Shown piece by piece: positions 19,449-29,054 of a stretch of 64,000 bases of DNA. A program made the position numbers and the translations under genes. The notes beneath the pieces were generated by a model. It did no database searches. It was not told where the DNA came from and was given only the letters and a program-made list of their open reading frames with translations. This DNA comes from Bacteroides fragilis (GTDB lineage Bacteria > Bacteroidota > Bacteroidia > Bacteroidales > Bacteroidaceae). Each line of letters begins with the position of its first letter. Positions within the stretch are counted from its first letter, which is position 1. The stretch lies in assembly GCA_963630065.1 (NCBI GenBank), contig CAVGLH010000001.1, positions 2,282 through 66,281 on the forward strand. The letters run 5' to 3'.

Positions 19449-19611
19449 AATTGATTTTAATTTTTTATTGTGCGGCTTGCCATTTGTGGAGCCGCGGGTT
19501 AAACTTGTCCATACGGATGCGAGCTGTATTCTTATCCAAAGAGAGCCTGTTTGATCCGCCCACGCCCTATCCAAGGGAGCGGCTTTGGGTTTTATTTTTT
19601 ATTTTCGGGTG

Positions 19612-19643
19612 CAAAGGTAATCAATTAATATGATACCGCCAAA
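19612..19643 (-). promoter_or_regulatory. Internal sigma-A promoter for ilvC
   Basis: Minus-strand TTTG-N20-TACCTTTG, the canonical Bacteroidota -33/-7 promoter. Confidence 0.8.
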
Positions 19644-19651
19644 TTTTTCTT

Positions 19652-20422
19652 TCAGTTTTTAACAAATTTAGCCTTACTTCTTACAACTTCTACCTCCTCA
19701 GGTGCATTTTCGCTCATTTTTGTTATTTTTATGCAATATTCATACTCGCCAGTCTGCTCCATGTAGAAGCGTAGTTGGTCGCCTTGGTGACTCTCGGCCA
19801 CGTAGGCAATCTCAAACCTTTGCAGGAAATGGGTCTTATGGAAATCCAGGTCGAAGAGGTCGAGGATGTGCTCGATGTACTTCACAGAGTTGATGTGGCC
19901 GTTCATGTCCACATCATTATAATAGGTGTCGATGCATCTTGCGAGCTTGGCTTCCGCCCCCATCCTCACCCTTGAGCTGGCGGCGATTGGGCATGGCTTC
20001 TCTGTCTCGATGTATTCCCGGATGAGTCCGTCGTGCACGGCAAAGATGTCGACGGGCTGTCGTGTTGCGGTGTCGATCATCGCCCAGACGCTCTTGCCGT
20101 AGCCATACACCTTCTCCCCCGCCCCGAAAATCTTGAAGTCGCGGGCGGTGAAATATTTCATGGCACTCTCGCACCAGGTCTCCACCATGAAACGGTCGTA
20201 CGACTTGGGCATCTCGGTCATCTCAATGGCCAGTCGGCTGAGAACCCACGTCTTGTGTCGGGGCATCAGATAGCCCATTCCGAATCCACGGTCATTGCTA
20301 TGGAAGTCGGCCGCATTCAACAGATGATTTCCCAAGTGCCCCATGAAGAGGCTGCTTGAGAAATCACAATGGAAGGGTTCTGCCAGAAACTCATAGCAGC
20401 CCACCTTGCTCAATATCTCCAT
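19652..20422 (-). CDS. Acyl-ACP thioesterase (FatA/B-like double hot-dog fold)
   Basis: WVLSRLAIEM, VETW, RDF, WAMID..TR, DVDMNGHINSVKY. Confidence 0.88.
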   Translation of the reverse strand: MEILSKVGCYEFLAEPFHCDFSSSLFMGHLGNHLLNAADFHSNDRGFGMGYLMPRHKTWVLSRLAIEMTEMPKSYDRFMVETWCESAMKYFTARDFKIFGAGEKVYGYGKSVWAMIDTATRQPVDIFAVHDGLIREYIETEKPCPIAASSRVRMGAEAKLARCIDTYYNDVDMNGHINSVKYIEHILDLFDLDFHKTHFLQRFEIAYVAESHQGDQLRFYMEQTGEYEYCIKITKMSENAPEEVEVVRSKAKFVKN

Positions 20423-20453
20423 ATTTCACTATTTAAATATTTCCATATTCGGA

Positions 20454-20999
20454 CTATTCCTCAGCGCACCTTCTCACGTAGTCGCAGATGGGATCGTCGA
20501 AGCTCCTGGTCACGGCGATTCTTCCGCTTCGGGTGTAGTGGAGCAGGCAACCGAAATCCTTGAGCTGCTTGAAGAGGTCTACGATGTCCTCGGTGAGGCC
20601 GGCCAGAAGCACGGTGCTGTAGGTGGGGTTCACCTCCATCATACGCGCGTCGTGCTTGCGGATGCTGCGCGACACCTCGGGGTTGTCCAACAGCACGGGG
20701 GTAGAAATCTTGAAGAGAGCCACCTCGTGGATGAAGATTTGGTCGTCGGTATAGTAGTCGCTCTTCACCACGTCTATCTTCTTCTCTATCGCCTTGTTGA
20801 TTTTCTCTATCTGCTCGGCATCGCTCCATACGGTGATGGTGTACTTGTGCACATTCTTCACGCTGCTGGCAGAGACGTTCAAGCTCTCAATGTTCACCTG
20901 CCTGCGAGTAAACACGGCGGTAATCTGGTTCAGAATACCGGCGATGTTCTCCGAATAGACAAGCAGTGTATATAATTTTTTATCGTTGTTGTTCTCCAT
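20454..20999 (-). CDS. ilvN: Acetolactate synthase small subunit
   Basis: ACT domain ENIAGILNQITAVFTRRQVNIESLNV; RSGRIAV; start at MENNN (20999). Confidence 0.92.
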   Translation of the reverse strand: MENNNDKKLYTLLVYSENIAGILNQITAVFTRRQVNIESLNVSASSVKNVHKYTITVWSDAEQIEKINKAIEKKIDVVKSDYYTDDQIFIHEVALFKISTPVLLDNPEVSRSIRKHDARMMEVNPTYSTVLLAGLTEDIVDLFKQLKDFGCLLHYTRSGRIAVTRSFDDPICDYVRRCAEE

Positions 21000-21050
21000 A
21001 ACCTTTTTAAAAAGATTTGAATTCTTCACTCTTCGTTCTTCACTCTTCAC

Positions 21051-22766
21051 TTAATAATTCAGCTCCAGCTGCATTTCCTCCACGCTCTTGCCTGGCAGGG
21101 TCATCGGCACGATATCCTCGTCTTCCTTGATGGCACACTCCAAGAGGTACGGACCCTTGGTGCCAACCATCTTCTCAACCTTTGCCTTGAGATCCTTGCG
21201 GTCGATGACCACGTCGTATGGGATGCCATAAGCCTTGGCTATCTCTGCGTAGTGTGGATTCATCATGTGGGTGAACGAGCGGCGTCCGCCGAACATGAGG
21301 TCCTGCCACTGGCGCACGTTGCCCAGGTAGTTGTTGTTCAGGAGAATCATCTTTACGGGAGCCTGCTGCTCCATGATGGTGCCCAGTTCCTGGATATTCA
21401 TCTGGAAGCCTCCGTCGCCGAAAAAGCAGCAAACGGTACGGTCGGGCGCGCCGAAGGTGGCACCTATGGCAGCGGGGAGGCCGAAGCCCATGGTGCCAAA
21501 GCCGCCGCTGGTGACGATACTAAGCTTCTTGGTGAACTTGAAGTAGCGGCTAGAGATCATCTGGTTCTGCCCCACATCGTTGACGAGCACTGCCTCGTTG
21601 TGGGTGGCCTCGGTCACCACGTTGGTCACCTCTCCCATCAGGAGCGGACCTTCCGTAGGGTGGATGTCCTTCTCTATCACTCTCTCCTGCTCCATCTGCT
21701 GATACTCGGCAAACGAGTCGCGCCACTGGCGATGCTCATTCTTGTTGAGCAGGCGGGTGATGGCGGGGAGGCTCTGCTTGCAGTCGCCGATGACGGCCAC
21801 GTCGGCCCTGATCACCTTGTTGATCTCCGACTTGTCGATGTCGAGGTGGATAATCTTGGCCTGCGCTGCGTATTTGGAAGGAATGCCGATGATACGGTCG
21901 CTGAACCGCATGCCGATGGCGATGAGCACGTCGCACTCCTGCGTCTTCATATTGGTGGCATAGGAGCCATGCATGCCGAGCATGCCCATGTTGAGCGGAT
22001 GGTTGCTGGCGAGGGCCGAGAGTCCGAGCAGGGTGCGGCCTGCGGGGATGTCCGCTCTCTCCAGGAATTCCATCAGCTCGTTGTTCGCACCGCCCAGCTC
22101 CACTCCGTGGCCCACGAGGGCGAAGGGCCTCTTGGCGTTGTTGATGAGTTCGGCGGCCTCGGCCACAGCCTTCGCGTCTATCTCGGGATAGGGCATGTAG
22201 GAGGGCACCTTCTCACACTTCACGGGTTCCCACTCACAAGTGCCGGTCTGTGCATTCTTGGCGAAGTCGAGCACCACGGGACCCGGGCGACCGCTGCGGG
22301 CGATGTAGAAGGCACGGCTCACGGCCCACGCCACGTCCTCTGGACGGCGTATCTGATAGGCCCACTTGGTGATAGGCTGTGTGACGCCCACGAGATCCAC
22401 CTCCTGGAAAGCGTCTGTGCCGAGGGCGGGCGTGCCCACCTGTCCAGCGATTACCACGATAGGCGTGGAGTCCATCATCGCATCGGCGATGCCAGTCAAT
22501 GTATTAGTAGCTCCAGGGCCGCTGGTGACGAGAGTGACGCCCACTTCGCCACTGACTCGGGCATATCCCTGCGCAGCGTGAGCAGCCGCCTGCTCGTGAC
22601 GTACCAAGATGTGGTCGAACATCTTCTTCTCTCCTCTCGTGTAACCATACAGTGAATCAAACACCGGCATGATACTACCGCCCGGGTAGCCGAAGATGGT
22701 CTTCACTCCTTCGGCCTTTAGGGAGCGCATCAACGCCTCGGCTCCTGTTATTACTTCTTTTGCCAT
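21051..22766 (-). CDS. ilvB: Acetolactate synthase large subunit
   Basis: FGYPGG, RHEQ, TSGPGATN, DAFQE, GMHG, GDGGFQMN (ThDP motif). Confidence 0.95.
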   Translation of the reverse strand: MAKEVITGAEALMRSLKAEGVKTIFGYPGGSIMPVFDSLYGYTRGEKKMFDHILVRHEQAAAHAAQGYARVSGEVGVTLVTSGPGATNTLTGIADAMMDSTPIVVIAGQVGTPALGTDAFQEVDLVGVTQPITKWAYQIRRPEDVAWAVSRAFYIARSGRPGPVVLDFAKNAQTGTCEWEPVKCEKVPSYMPYPEIDAKAVAEAAELINNAKRPFALVGHGVELGGANNELMEFLERADIPAGRTLLGLSALASNHPLNMGMLGMHGSYATNMKTQECDVLIAIGMRFSDRIIGIPSKYAAQAKIIHLDIDKSEINKVIRADVAVIGDCKQSLPAITRLLNKNEHRQWRDSFAEYQQMEQERVIEKDIHPTEGPLLMGEVTNVVTEATHNEAVLVNDVGQNQMISSRYFKFTKKLSIVTSGGFGTMGFGLPAAIGATFGAPDRTVCCFFGDGGFQMNIQELGTIMEQQAPVKMILLNNNYLGNVRQWQDLMFGGRRSFTHMMNPHYAEIAKAYGIPYDVVIDRKDLKAKVEKMVGTKGPYLLECAIKEDEDIVPMTLPGKSVEEMQLELNY

Positions 22767-22788
22767 TTATCTTATTGTTTAATTTTGG

Positions 22789-22915
22789 GGGAAGTTAAAG
22801 GGGAGTTAAGTGGAGTTACCACTCCCTTCGGTCGTTCGAGAAGTTAAAAGACAACAGTCTTTTTGCTAAAGCTTTTACACTCTTGGCATTTGTCCCTTAA
22901 CTTCTTTAACTTCCC
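22789..22915. repeat. Inverted-repeat element made of GRAGTTAA units
   Basis: GGGAAGTTAAAGGGGAGTTAAG...AGAAGTTAAAAGACAA versus TTGTCCCTTAACTTCTTTAACTTCCC. Confidence 0.7.
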
Positions 22916-22943
22916 TGTAAATTCTATTAAATTCCCAAACACA

Positions 22944-24746
22944 TTAGTCGATGATTCTCACTCCTCCCTTGTCAGCAGAACTTACACTCTGAGCGTATGC
23001 ACGCAATGCCTTGCTCACCTGGCGGTTGCGCTTCAGGGGCTGTTGTGGGCGAGCGGCAAGCTCCTCGTCGCTGAGCTTCACGCTGATGCTGCGGCTGGGA
23101 ATGTCGATAACGATGATGTCGCCATCCTTGATCTTGCCTATGTTGCCGCCTGCGGCAGCCTCGGGGCTGATGTGGCCGATGCTCAGGCCCGACGTTCCGC
23201 CGGAGAAGCGGCCGTCGGTGATAAGGGCACACTCCTTGCCCAGGTGACGGCTCTTGATATAAGAGGTTGGGTAGAGCATCTCCTGCATGCCGGGGCCTCC
23301 CTTGGGGCCTTCGTGGGTAATCACCACACAGTCGCCGGAGTTCACCTTGCCGCCGAGGATTCCCTCACAGGCATCCTCCTGGGAGTCGAAGCATACGGCC
23401 GGGCCCTCGAAGTGCCAAAGCTCGGGAGCCACGCCGGCAGTCTTCACCACGCAGCCGTTCTGTGCGATATTGCCGAAAAGCACAGCCAAGCCGCCATCCT
23501 TGGTATAGGCGTGCTCCAGACTGCGGATGCAACCATTCTCGCGGTCGGTGTCGAGGCTCTCCCACTGGGCGTCCTGACTGCCCATCTGTGTGGAGAACTT
23601 ACGTCCTGGCGCGCTGTGGTAGATACGGCTTGCCTCGGGGTCAACCTCCGAACCGGTGATGCAGTATTTCTTCAACTGCTCGCCCAAAGTCTTGCCATCC
23701 ACACGCTTGCAGTCCTTGCGAATGAGTCCGCCCTTGTCAAGCTCGTTCATGATACCCAGAATACCACCTGCACGGTTGCATTCCTGCACACTGTATTTCT
23801 GCGTGTTGGGTGACAACATGCAGAGACAAGGCACCTTGCGGCTCAACTGGTCGATGTCCTCCATCTTGAAGTCGGCACCGGCCTCCTGTGCCACGGCCAG
23901 CAGGTGGAGCACGGTGTTGGTGCTTCCGCCCATGGCGATGTCGAGGGTCATGGCGTTGAGGAAGGCGTCGCGCGTGGCGATGCTGCGTGGCAACACGCTC
24001 TCGTCGCCGTCCTCATAGTAGGCGTATGCGTTCTTCACCACCTGGCGCGCTGCATCCTTGAAGAGCTGCACGCGATTCTTGTGGGTAGCCAGGATGGTGC
24101 CGTTGCCGGGGAGGCTCAGTCCGATGGCCTCGGTGAGGGAGTTCATGGAGTTGGCGGTGAACATGCCCGAGCAGCTTCCGCAGCCTGGGCAGGCGCACTG
24201 CTCTATCTGCTTCATCTCCTCGTCGGATACGCTTGTGTCGGCACCCTTGATCATGGCCGTGATAAGGTCGGCGTTCTCGCCCTTCCACTTACCGGCCTCC
24301 ATAGGGCCACCGGAGCAGAATACGGTGGGGATGTTCAGGCGCATGGAGGCCATGAGCATGCCCGGGGTCACCTTGTCGCAGTTGGAGATGCAGATCATGG
24401 CATCGGCCTTGTGTGCGTTTACCATATACTCCACGGAGTCGGCGATGATGTCGCGGCTGGGCAGGGAGTAGAGCATTCCGTCGTGTCCCATGGCAATGCC
24501 GTCGTCCACGGCGATGGTGTTGAATTCGGCCGCATAGCAGCCCATCGCCTCGATTTCTTTCTTCACAATCTGCCCGATCTCGTGCAGATGTGTGTGGCCC
24601 GGAACAAACTGTGTAAAGCTATTTACGATGGCAATGATTGGCTTGCCAAACTGCTCGTGTTTCATACCTGCGGCTACCCACAATGCGCGGGCTCCAGCCA
24701 TTCTTCTGCCGTCTGTGCAGACGCTACTTCTCAATGGATGTTTCAT
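22944..24746 (-). CDS. ilvD: Dihydroxy-acid dehydratase
   Basis: [55 protein letters not shown]. Confidence 0.96.
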   Translation of the reverse strand: MKHPLRSSVCTDGRRMAGARALWVAAGMKHEQFGKPIIAIVNSFTQFVPGHTHLHEIGQIVKKEIEAMGCYAAEFNTIAVDDGIAMGHDGMLYSLPSRDIIADSVEYMVNAHKADAMICISNCDKVTPGMLMASMRLNIPTVFCSGGPMEAGKWKGENADLITAMIKGADTSVSDEEMKQIEQCACPGCGSCSGMFTANSMNSLTEAIGLSLPGNGTILATHKNRVQLFKDAARQVVKNAYAYYEDGDESVLPRSIATRDAFLNAMTLDIAMGGSTNTVLHLLAVAQEAGADFKMEDIDQLSRKVPCLCMLSPNTQKYSVQECNRAGGILGIMNELDKGGLIRKDCKRVDGKTLGEQLKKYCITGSEVDPEASRIYHSAPGRKFSTQMGSQDAQWESLDTDRENGCIRSLEHAYTKDGGLAVLFGNIAQNGCVVKTAGVAPELWHFEGPAVCFDSQEDACEGILGGKVNSGDCVVITHEGPKGGPGMQEMLYPTSYIKSRHLGKECALITDGRFSGGTSGLSIGHISPEAAAGGNIGKIKDGDIIVIDIPSRSISVKLSDEELAARPQQPLKRNRQVSKALRAYAQSVSSADKGGVRIID

Positions 24747-24925
24747 ATTGTTTTTATATATTTTCCGTTTTTTGACTGCAAAGTTACAGAGAATTTATCG
24801 AATAACCAACGATTTTCAGATAAACTTTCACCTATCAGCCTATTTTGTTAGAAAATTCAGCAAAAAACTTACGGATTATAACAAGCTGAGGCGAATTCAG
24901 TTACGTTTTTACCTCTATCCATAAT

Positions 24926-24958
24926 AAAACAAAAGCTCCCGGGCTATTTGCCCGGGAG
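24926..24958 (-). terminator. Intrinsic terminator after ompA
   Basis: CTCCCGGGC-N5-GCCCGGGAG followed by CTTTTGTTTT on the minus strand. Confidence 0.75.
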
Positions 24959-25041
24959 TGAATAACAATTTATCCCATGACAGACTAAATCTCACGATCT
25001 AGCCTATAGTAAAAAATATATTAAAAACTAAAAACCTATTC

Positions 25042-26187
25042 TTACTGTTCGTTGTTGTCGTTGAATGTTGCCACGCGGTTGAATTCCACCTGCTTAAAGA
25101 GCTTGTCCGTGGCACCCATACCAGTGGTGATGAGGCGGTCGGGACTGATTTTATATGTCTTCACGAGCACATCCTTTACGGCGTTGGCGCGGTTCTCGGA
25201 GAGCTTCTGGTTCACTTCCTTTGAACCCTCAGGAGAGGCGTAGCCCTTGATCTCCACCTTGGCATCGGGGTGATTCTTCATATACTGTGAAATCATCTCG
25301 ATGTTGGCCATCTGGCTGCGGTCAATGTTAGCCTTGCCTACGCGGAAAAGCACTGTAGGCTGAAGGTTGGTGGCTGTAGGAGCCTTTGCCTCTACCTTGG
25401 GGGCCTTCTTGCACTCGTCGAGGGCACTCTGAAGGTCCTGAATCTGCTGATCCTTAGCTGCGAGCTGTGCATCCTTGCTATTGATGTCGTTGCGCAGGTT
25501 GTTGATCTGTGTGTTCAGACCGTCAATCTCCTCCTGGTCGCGTGGGGTCACGATGGTGAAGTTATGGGATCCGTTGCTGCCCTTGAACTTATAGTTCACA
25601 CCGAGCTTCACCTGGAAGGCCGACTTGTTCACGTTGAACTTGACGCCATCGCAAGCATACTGGTTGTCGTGGAGGAACCAGTTCATGGATGGCTCCAGAT
25701 AAATCTGCCATGCCTTGCTGCTACCGAGGTTGAAGGCGAAGTCTATACCTGCGTTGGCCACGAAGGCCTTGATGTTTTTACCATGGAGGTTGAACGAGCG
25801 GTAGCCGCCGAAACCTGCCAATGGAATCACCTCGAATGTGCGAGGCTCGCCCTTGTAGCCACAGAAGAGGTTGGTAGCGTTGATGGTGCCGAGGAACTTG
25901 GCACTAGCACCGCGAACCACTGTCTTGTGGGTGTAGGGAAGTTGCTTGTTGGCTGCATAGAGATCAGCCTCCAAGGCTGCTCCCCAAACAGGAGTGAACC
26001 ACTTGCCGAGGCGCACGCCCACCGATGGGTTCACATTCTTGAGCCAAGAGCACTGTGTGGTCTTTACTGCACCACCCACGTTCAGACCGAGATACCAATT
26101 GTCAAAGAACTTGCTTTCCTGCGTTGTCTGTGCGGAGGCTGAAACCGCCATCGCTGCGGCAGCCAACATCATAGTTAATTTTTTCAT
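25042..26187 (-). CDS. OmpA family outer-membrane protein
   Basis: Signal peptide, beta-barrel-like N-domain, coiled-coil linker, OmpA C-domain (GYASPEG, NQKLSENRA, NRV). Confidence 0.9.
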   Translation of the reverse strand: MKKLTMMLAAAAMAVSASAQTTQESKFFDNWYLGLNVGGAVKTTQCSWLKNVNPSVGVRLGKWFTPVWGAALEADLYAANKQLPYTHKTVVRGASAKFLGTINATNLFCGYKGEPRTFEVIPLAGFGGYRSFNLHGKNIKAFVANAGIDFAFNLGSSKAWQIYLEPSMNWFLHDNQYACDGVKFNVNKSAFQVKLGVNYKFKGSNGSHNFTIVTPRDQEEIDGLNTQINNLRNDINSKDAQLAAKDQQIQDLQSALDECKKAPKVEAKAPTATNLQPTVLFRVGKANIDRSQMANIEMISQYMKNHPDAKVEIKGYASPEGSKEVNQKLSENRANAVKDVLVKTYKISPDRLITTGMGATDKLFKQVEFNRVATFNDNNEQ

Positions 26188-26345
26188 TTTCTCTCTAATC
26201 TCTTTTATTTATACTTGATTAAAAACGGTTGCAAAATAACGAAAAATAAACTAATCCGCCAAATTTTTCTCACATTATTTCACGTTTTATGCCATAAAAA
26301 TAGCGTTTTCGGACATTTTCGTATCCATAAAACGCTTTTTTTTCA

Positions 26346-28940
26346 TTATAATTCAAACACCTGGGCACTTCGGCCGGCCACTTCCAGCTGCTTCTCGCCC
26401 ATTCCAGAAACTTGGAGGCGGAGGGTGCGAGGCAGTGCGTTTACCACCTTGAGCCAAGTCTTGCCCGTCTTGGAATCCTTCACCACGCTGGTGCCCACAT
26501 ATCGCTTCAGCTGGACGGGCAGGTCGAGGGCGGAGGAGATGTAGGTGTCGCCGGCATGCTGGCCAAACATGCGCTGCATCTTGTAGCTCTCGCTCGCACG
26601 CACATTATTGTTATTAAAGTAAATCATGTCGGGTTGCCAGTTGCTGTAGCCGTCCTTGCTTAGGAGCGGTGCGTAGGAAGTCATCTCCACCACGTCGCCG
26701 TTGCGCTCCACGCTGCAGAGGTGCAGGCCCTCGGCCAAGGCATTGTCCACGGGGTCCTTGCCGCGAGAGGCATATTCGCCCAGATACACCTTCGGGGCCT
26801 TGCGGTCGTACTGGTCGTAGTAGTCCTGGTGGTTGACAAACCATCCCGGCTGCTCGTAGTAGTGCTCGTCCACGGCATCAATCCAGCGGCTGTTTTCCTT
26901 GGCTATCTTCCAGCCCTCTATATAATCGCTCGACGGATAGTGGAAGGGGCCTACCGTGCCCACCACCTCTATCTCAGGATGCTTCTCCTTCAGGGCCTTG
27001 CAAATCATGAGATAGCGCTGCTCGAAATCGGTGGAGATAAGGTCTTCGTTGCCGATGCCCACCATCTTCAACCCGAAGGGAACGGGATGGCCTGCATCAG
27101 CTCTCATCTTGGCCCACTTGCTGGTGGCGGGGTCGCCGTTGGCCCACTCCACAAGGTCGAGCACATCCTGCACATACTGCGGCATCTGGCTCATGGGAAT
27201 ACCACCCTGCTGTCCGGCCACGCCATTCTTGTCGGGCCATGAGTTCTGGCAGGGCACTCCGGCGGCTAGCACGGGCAGCGGCTCAGCACCCATGTCCTCA
27301 CACCACTGGAAATATTCGTAGAATCCCAGCTGGCGGGTCTGGTGGTAGTTCCAGATATTGTAGGCGGGCTTGCGGTCTTTCTGCGGGCCCACGCTCTCCT
27401 TCCAGTGATAGATATTATCGATTCCCTGGCCATGGAGCATGCAGCCTCCAGGGAATCGCACGAAGCGCGGTTTCAAGTCGGCGATGGCCTCGGCCAGGTC
27501 TTTCCTGAGTCCATGGCTCTTATAGGTGTCCTGCGGTTTGAGGCTCACGAGGTCGATAGCCATACGGTCGTCGCCTTTGGGCAGAATGGCGAAGCGGAAG
27601 TCCTTGCCCAGGCGGCCTTCGTCGGCAGTGGCCTCATTGGAAAGCTGGCCCTTGTACTTGTCGGTGACCACGAGCTGCGCCTTGTACTCGGCCCACTCCG
27701 TGCCCGCCACCTTCACCTTGGCCTCGGCCAGGCGCTCTCCCTGACCATCAACGAGGGCCACAGTGAGTTGTTTCTTCTTGCCGTCGATGCAGCGGGCGTG
27801 GAAACTCACGTCGTAGACACTGGGCTGATGCTTGCCCTGCTTGCCATCAACAGCCTCCCCACGATTCACGGGGATACCCTCCCAACCTATATTATAAATA
27901 GGCGAAGAGGTGATGACGGCGTAGTGGGGATTGTTCTGGCTTACGCCGTCCTGGGTGCTGATTACCTCCTGCCCCACTCCCGTCCAGGCCGTGGTGGCAT
28001 TCCACTGCCGCTTACGGTCCTCGCGATTGTATTCGAAGTCGCCGTTCTGCAGCAGTTCGGCGCAGAGTCCGCCGTCGGCCGCACGGCTGATATCCTCGAA
28101 GAATACGCCGATGAGCTTGTCGCTGATGCGGTGGCTCTTGGCGGGATTGATGGCGAGGCGTGCCTCCACGTTGCCTTGGCCCTCGAAGCCCAGTGCCTTC
28201 AGATCGGCATCGTTCTTGGGCATGGGGCGCAAGTTCTCGCGGTTTTCCTCGTCTAGGGCGGCGAACCAAGAGCGGATGTAGTGGAGGTGGATAGCGGGCA
28301 CCTCAAAGCTGCATCCCTGGTGGGTCTTGCCGTCGACGGTGGCCGTGTCGCGCTGCCAAAGTATCTCGTCAGCCGAGGCCTCGATGGAATCTTCCCGGAA
28401 CGTGCGGAATTCCTTGTCGGCCTGCACGTACCGCTTGCCCTTCTCCGTCTTCAAGTAGATGTCGAAGCGTCCGTCGTCCATCTGGTAGGCGGCCACGTCG
28501 GTAATGCCCTTCTCGCGCACGATAGGATAGTCCTGGGGGCGCCAGGTGACGAGATCTTCGGAATAGGCCACGGCAAACTGGGGCGACCGTTTGTTGACTG
28601 TCCAGAGAGCTCTCCACGTGCCGTCGTTGGCCTTCACCACGAAGGGGTTGTACATTTTCTTGTCCGCCCCCCATGGGCCGAAGTCGCTGGCGCAGAGTTG
28701 TCCCACGTCCTTCCACCGCTCATTGTCGGTGAGATAGGCCAGGTGGAGTCCCTTGTCGGGGGCTGGCGAATAGATGAACACTTGACAGGTGGAGTCCTTG
28801 CCCGTGACGGTATAGGCGGGCATGCCGGCCTCATTGGGCAGCTGCGCCTGCTTGTTGTTTTTGCCTGCGGCATAGGCGGTCTGCGTAGCAGCGGCCATGA
28901 TGAGTGCCGAGGCGAACAAGAGTTTAGTTTGTTCCTTCAT
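26346..28940 (-). CDS. Secreted GH51 alpha-L-arabinofuranosidase with an N-terminal beta-propeller-like domain
   Basis: Signal peptide; GVFFEDI..AADGGL, RFPGGC, GFYEY, GIGNE, VDEHYY, YLGEYA, ERNGDVV, SYAPL; start at MKEQT (28940). Confidence 0.9.
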   Translation of the reverse strand: MKEQTKLLFASALIMAAATQTAYAAGKNNKQAQLPNEAGMPAYTVTGKDSTCQVFIYSPAPDKGLHLAYLTDNERWKDVGQLCASDFGPWGADKKMYNPFVVKANDGTWRALWTVNKRSPQFAVAYSEDLVTWRPQDYPIVREKGITDVAAYQMDDGRFDIYLKTEKGKRYVQADKEFRTFREDSIEASADEILWQRDTATVDGKTHQGCSFEVPAIHLHYIRSWFAALDEENRENLRPMPKNDADLKALGFEGQGNVEARLAINPAKSHRISDKLIGVFFEDISRAADGGLCAELLQNGDFEYNREDRKRQWNATTAWTGVGQEVISTQDGVSQNNPHYAVITSSPIYNIGWEGIPVNRGEAVDGKQGKHQPSVYDVSFHARCIDGKKKQLTVALVDGQGERLAEAKVKVAGTEWAEYKAQLVVTDKYKGQLSNEATADEGRLGKDFRFAILPKGDDRMAIDLVSLKPQDTYKSHGLRKDLAEAIADLKPRFVRFPGGCMLHGQGIDNIYHWKESVGPQKDRKPAYNIWNYHQTRQLGFYEYFQWCEDMGAEPLPVLAAGVPCQNSWPDKNGVAGQQGGIPMSQMPQYVQDVLDLVEWANGDPATSKWAKMRADAGHPVPFGLKMVGIGNEDLISTDFEQRYLMICKALKEKHPEIEVVGTVGPFHYPSSDYIEGWKIAKENSRWIDAVDEHYYEQPGWFVNHQDYYDQYDRKAPKVYLGEYASRGKDPVDNALAEGLHLCSVERNGDVVEMTSYAPLLSKDGYSNWQPDMIYFNNNNVRASESYKMQRMFGQHAGDTYISSALDLPVQLKRYVGTSVVKDSKTGKTWLKVVNALPRTLRLQVSGMGEKQLEVAGRSAQVFEL

Positions 28941-29054
28941 TTTGCCTGTTTGCTTTTTTAGGTTGTGAAAGAGGGCAAGATGCAATCACTGCGTCCCGCC
29001 CCCGCTAATTAGAGAGTTAATAAATCAAGTACGTATATTTTTATATTGACTTCC

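Noticed and set aside
19449..19574. 42-aa N-terminal extension of IlvC or a leader peptide
   Set aside because: It has a TTG start, no similarity to IlvC and no Ile/Leu/Val run; the A-rich initiation context fits the ATG at 19448.
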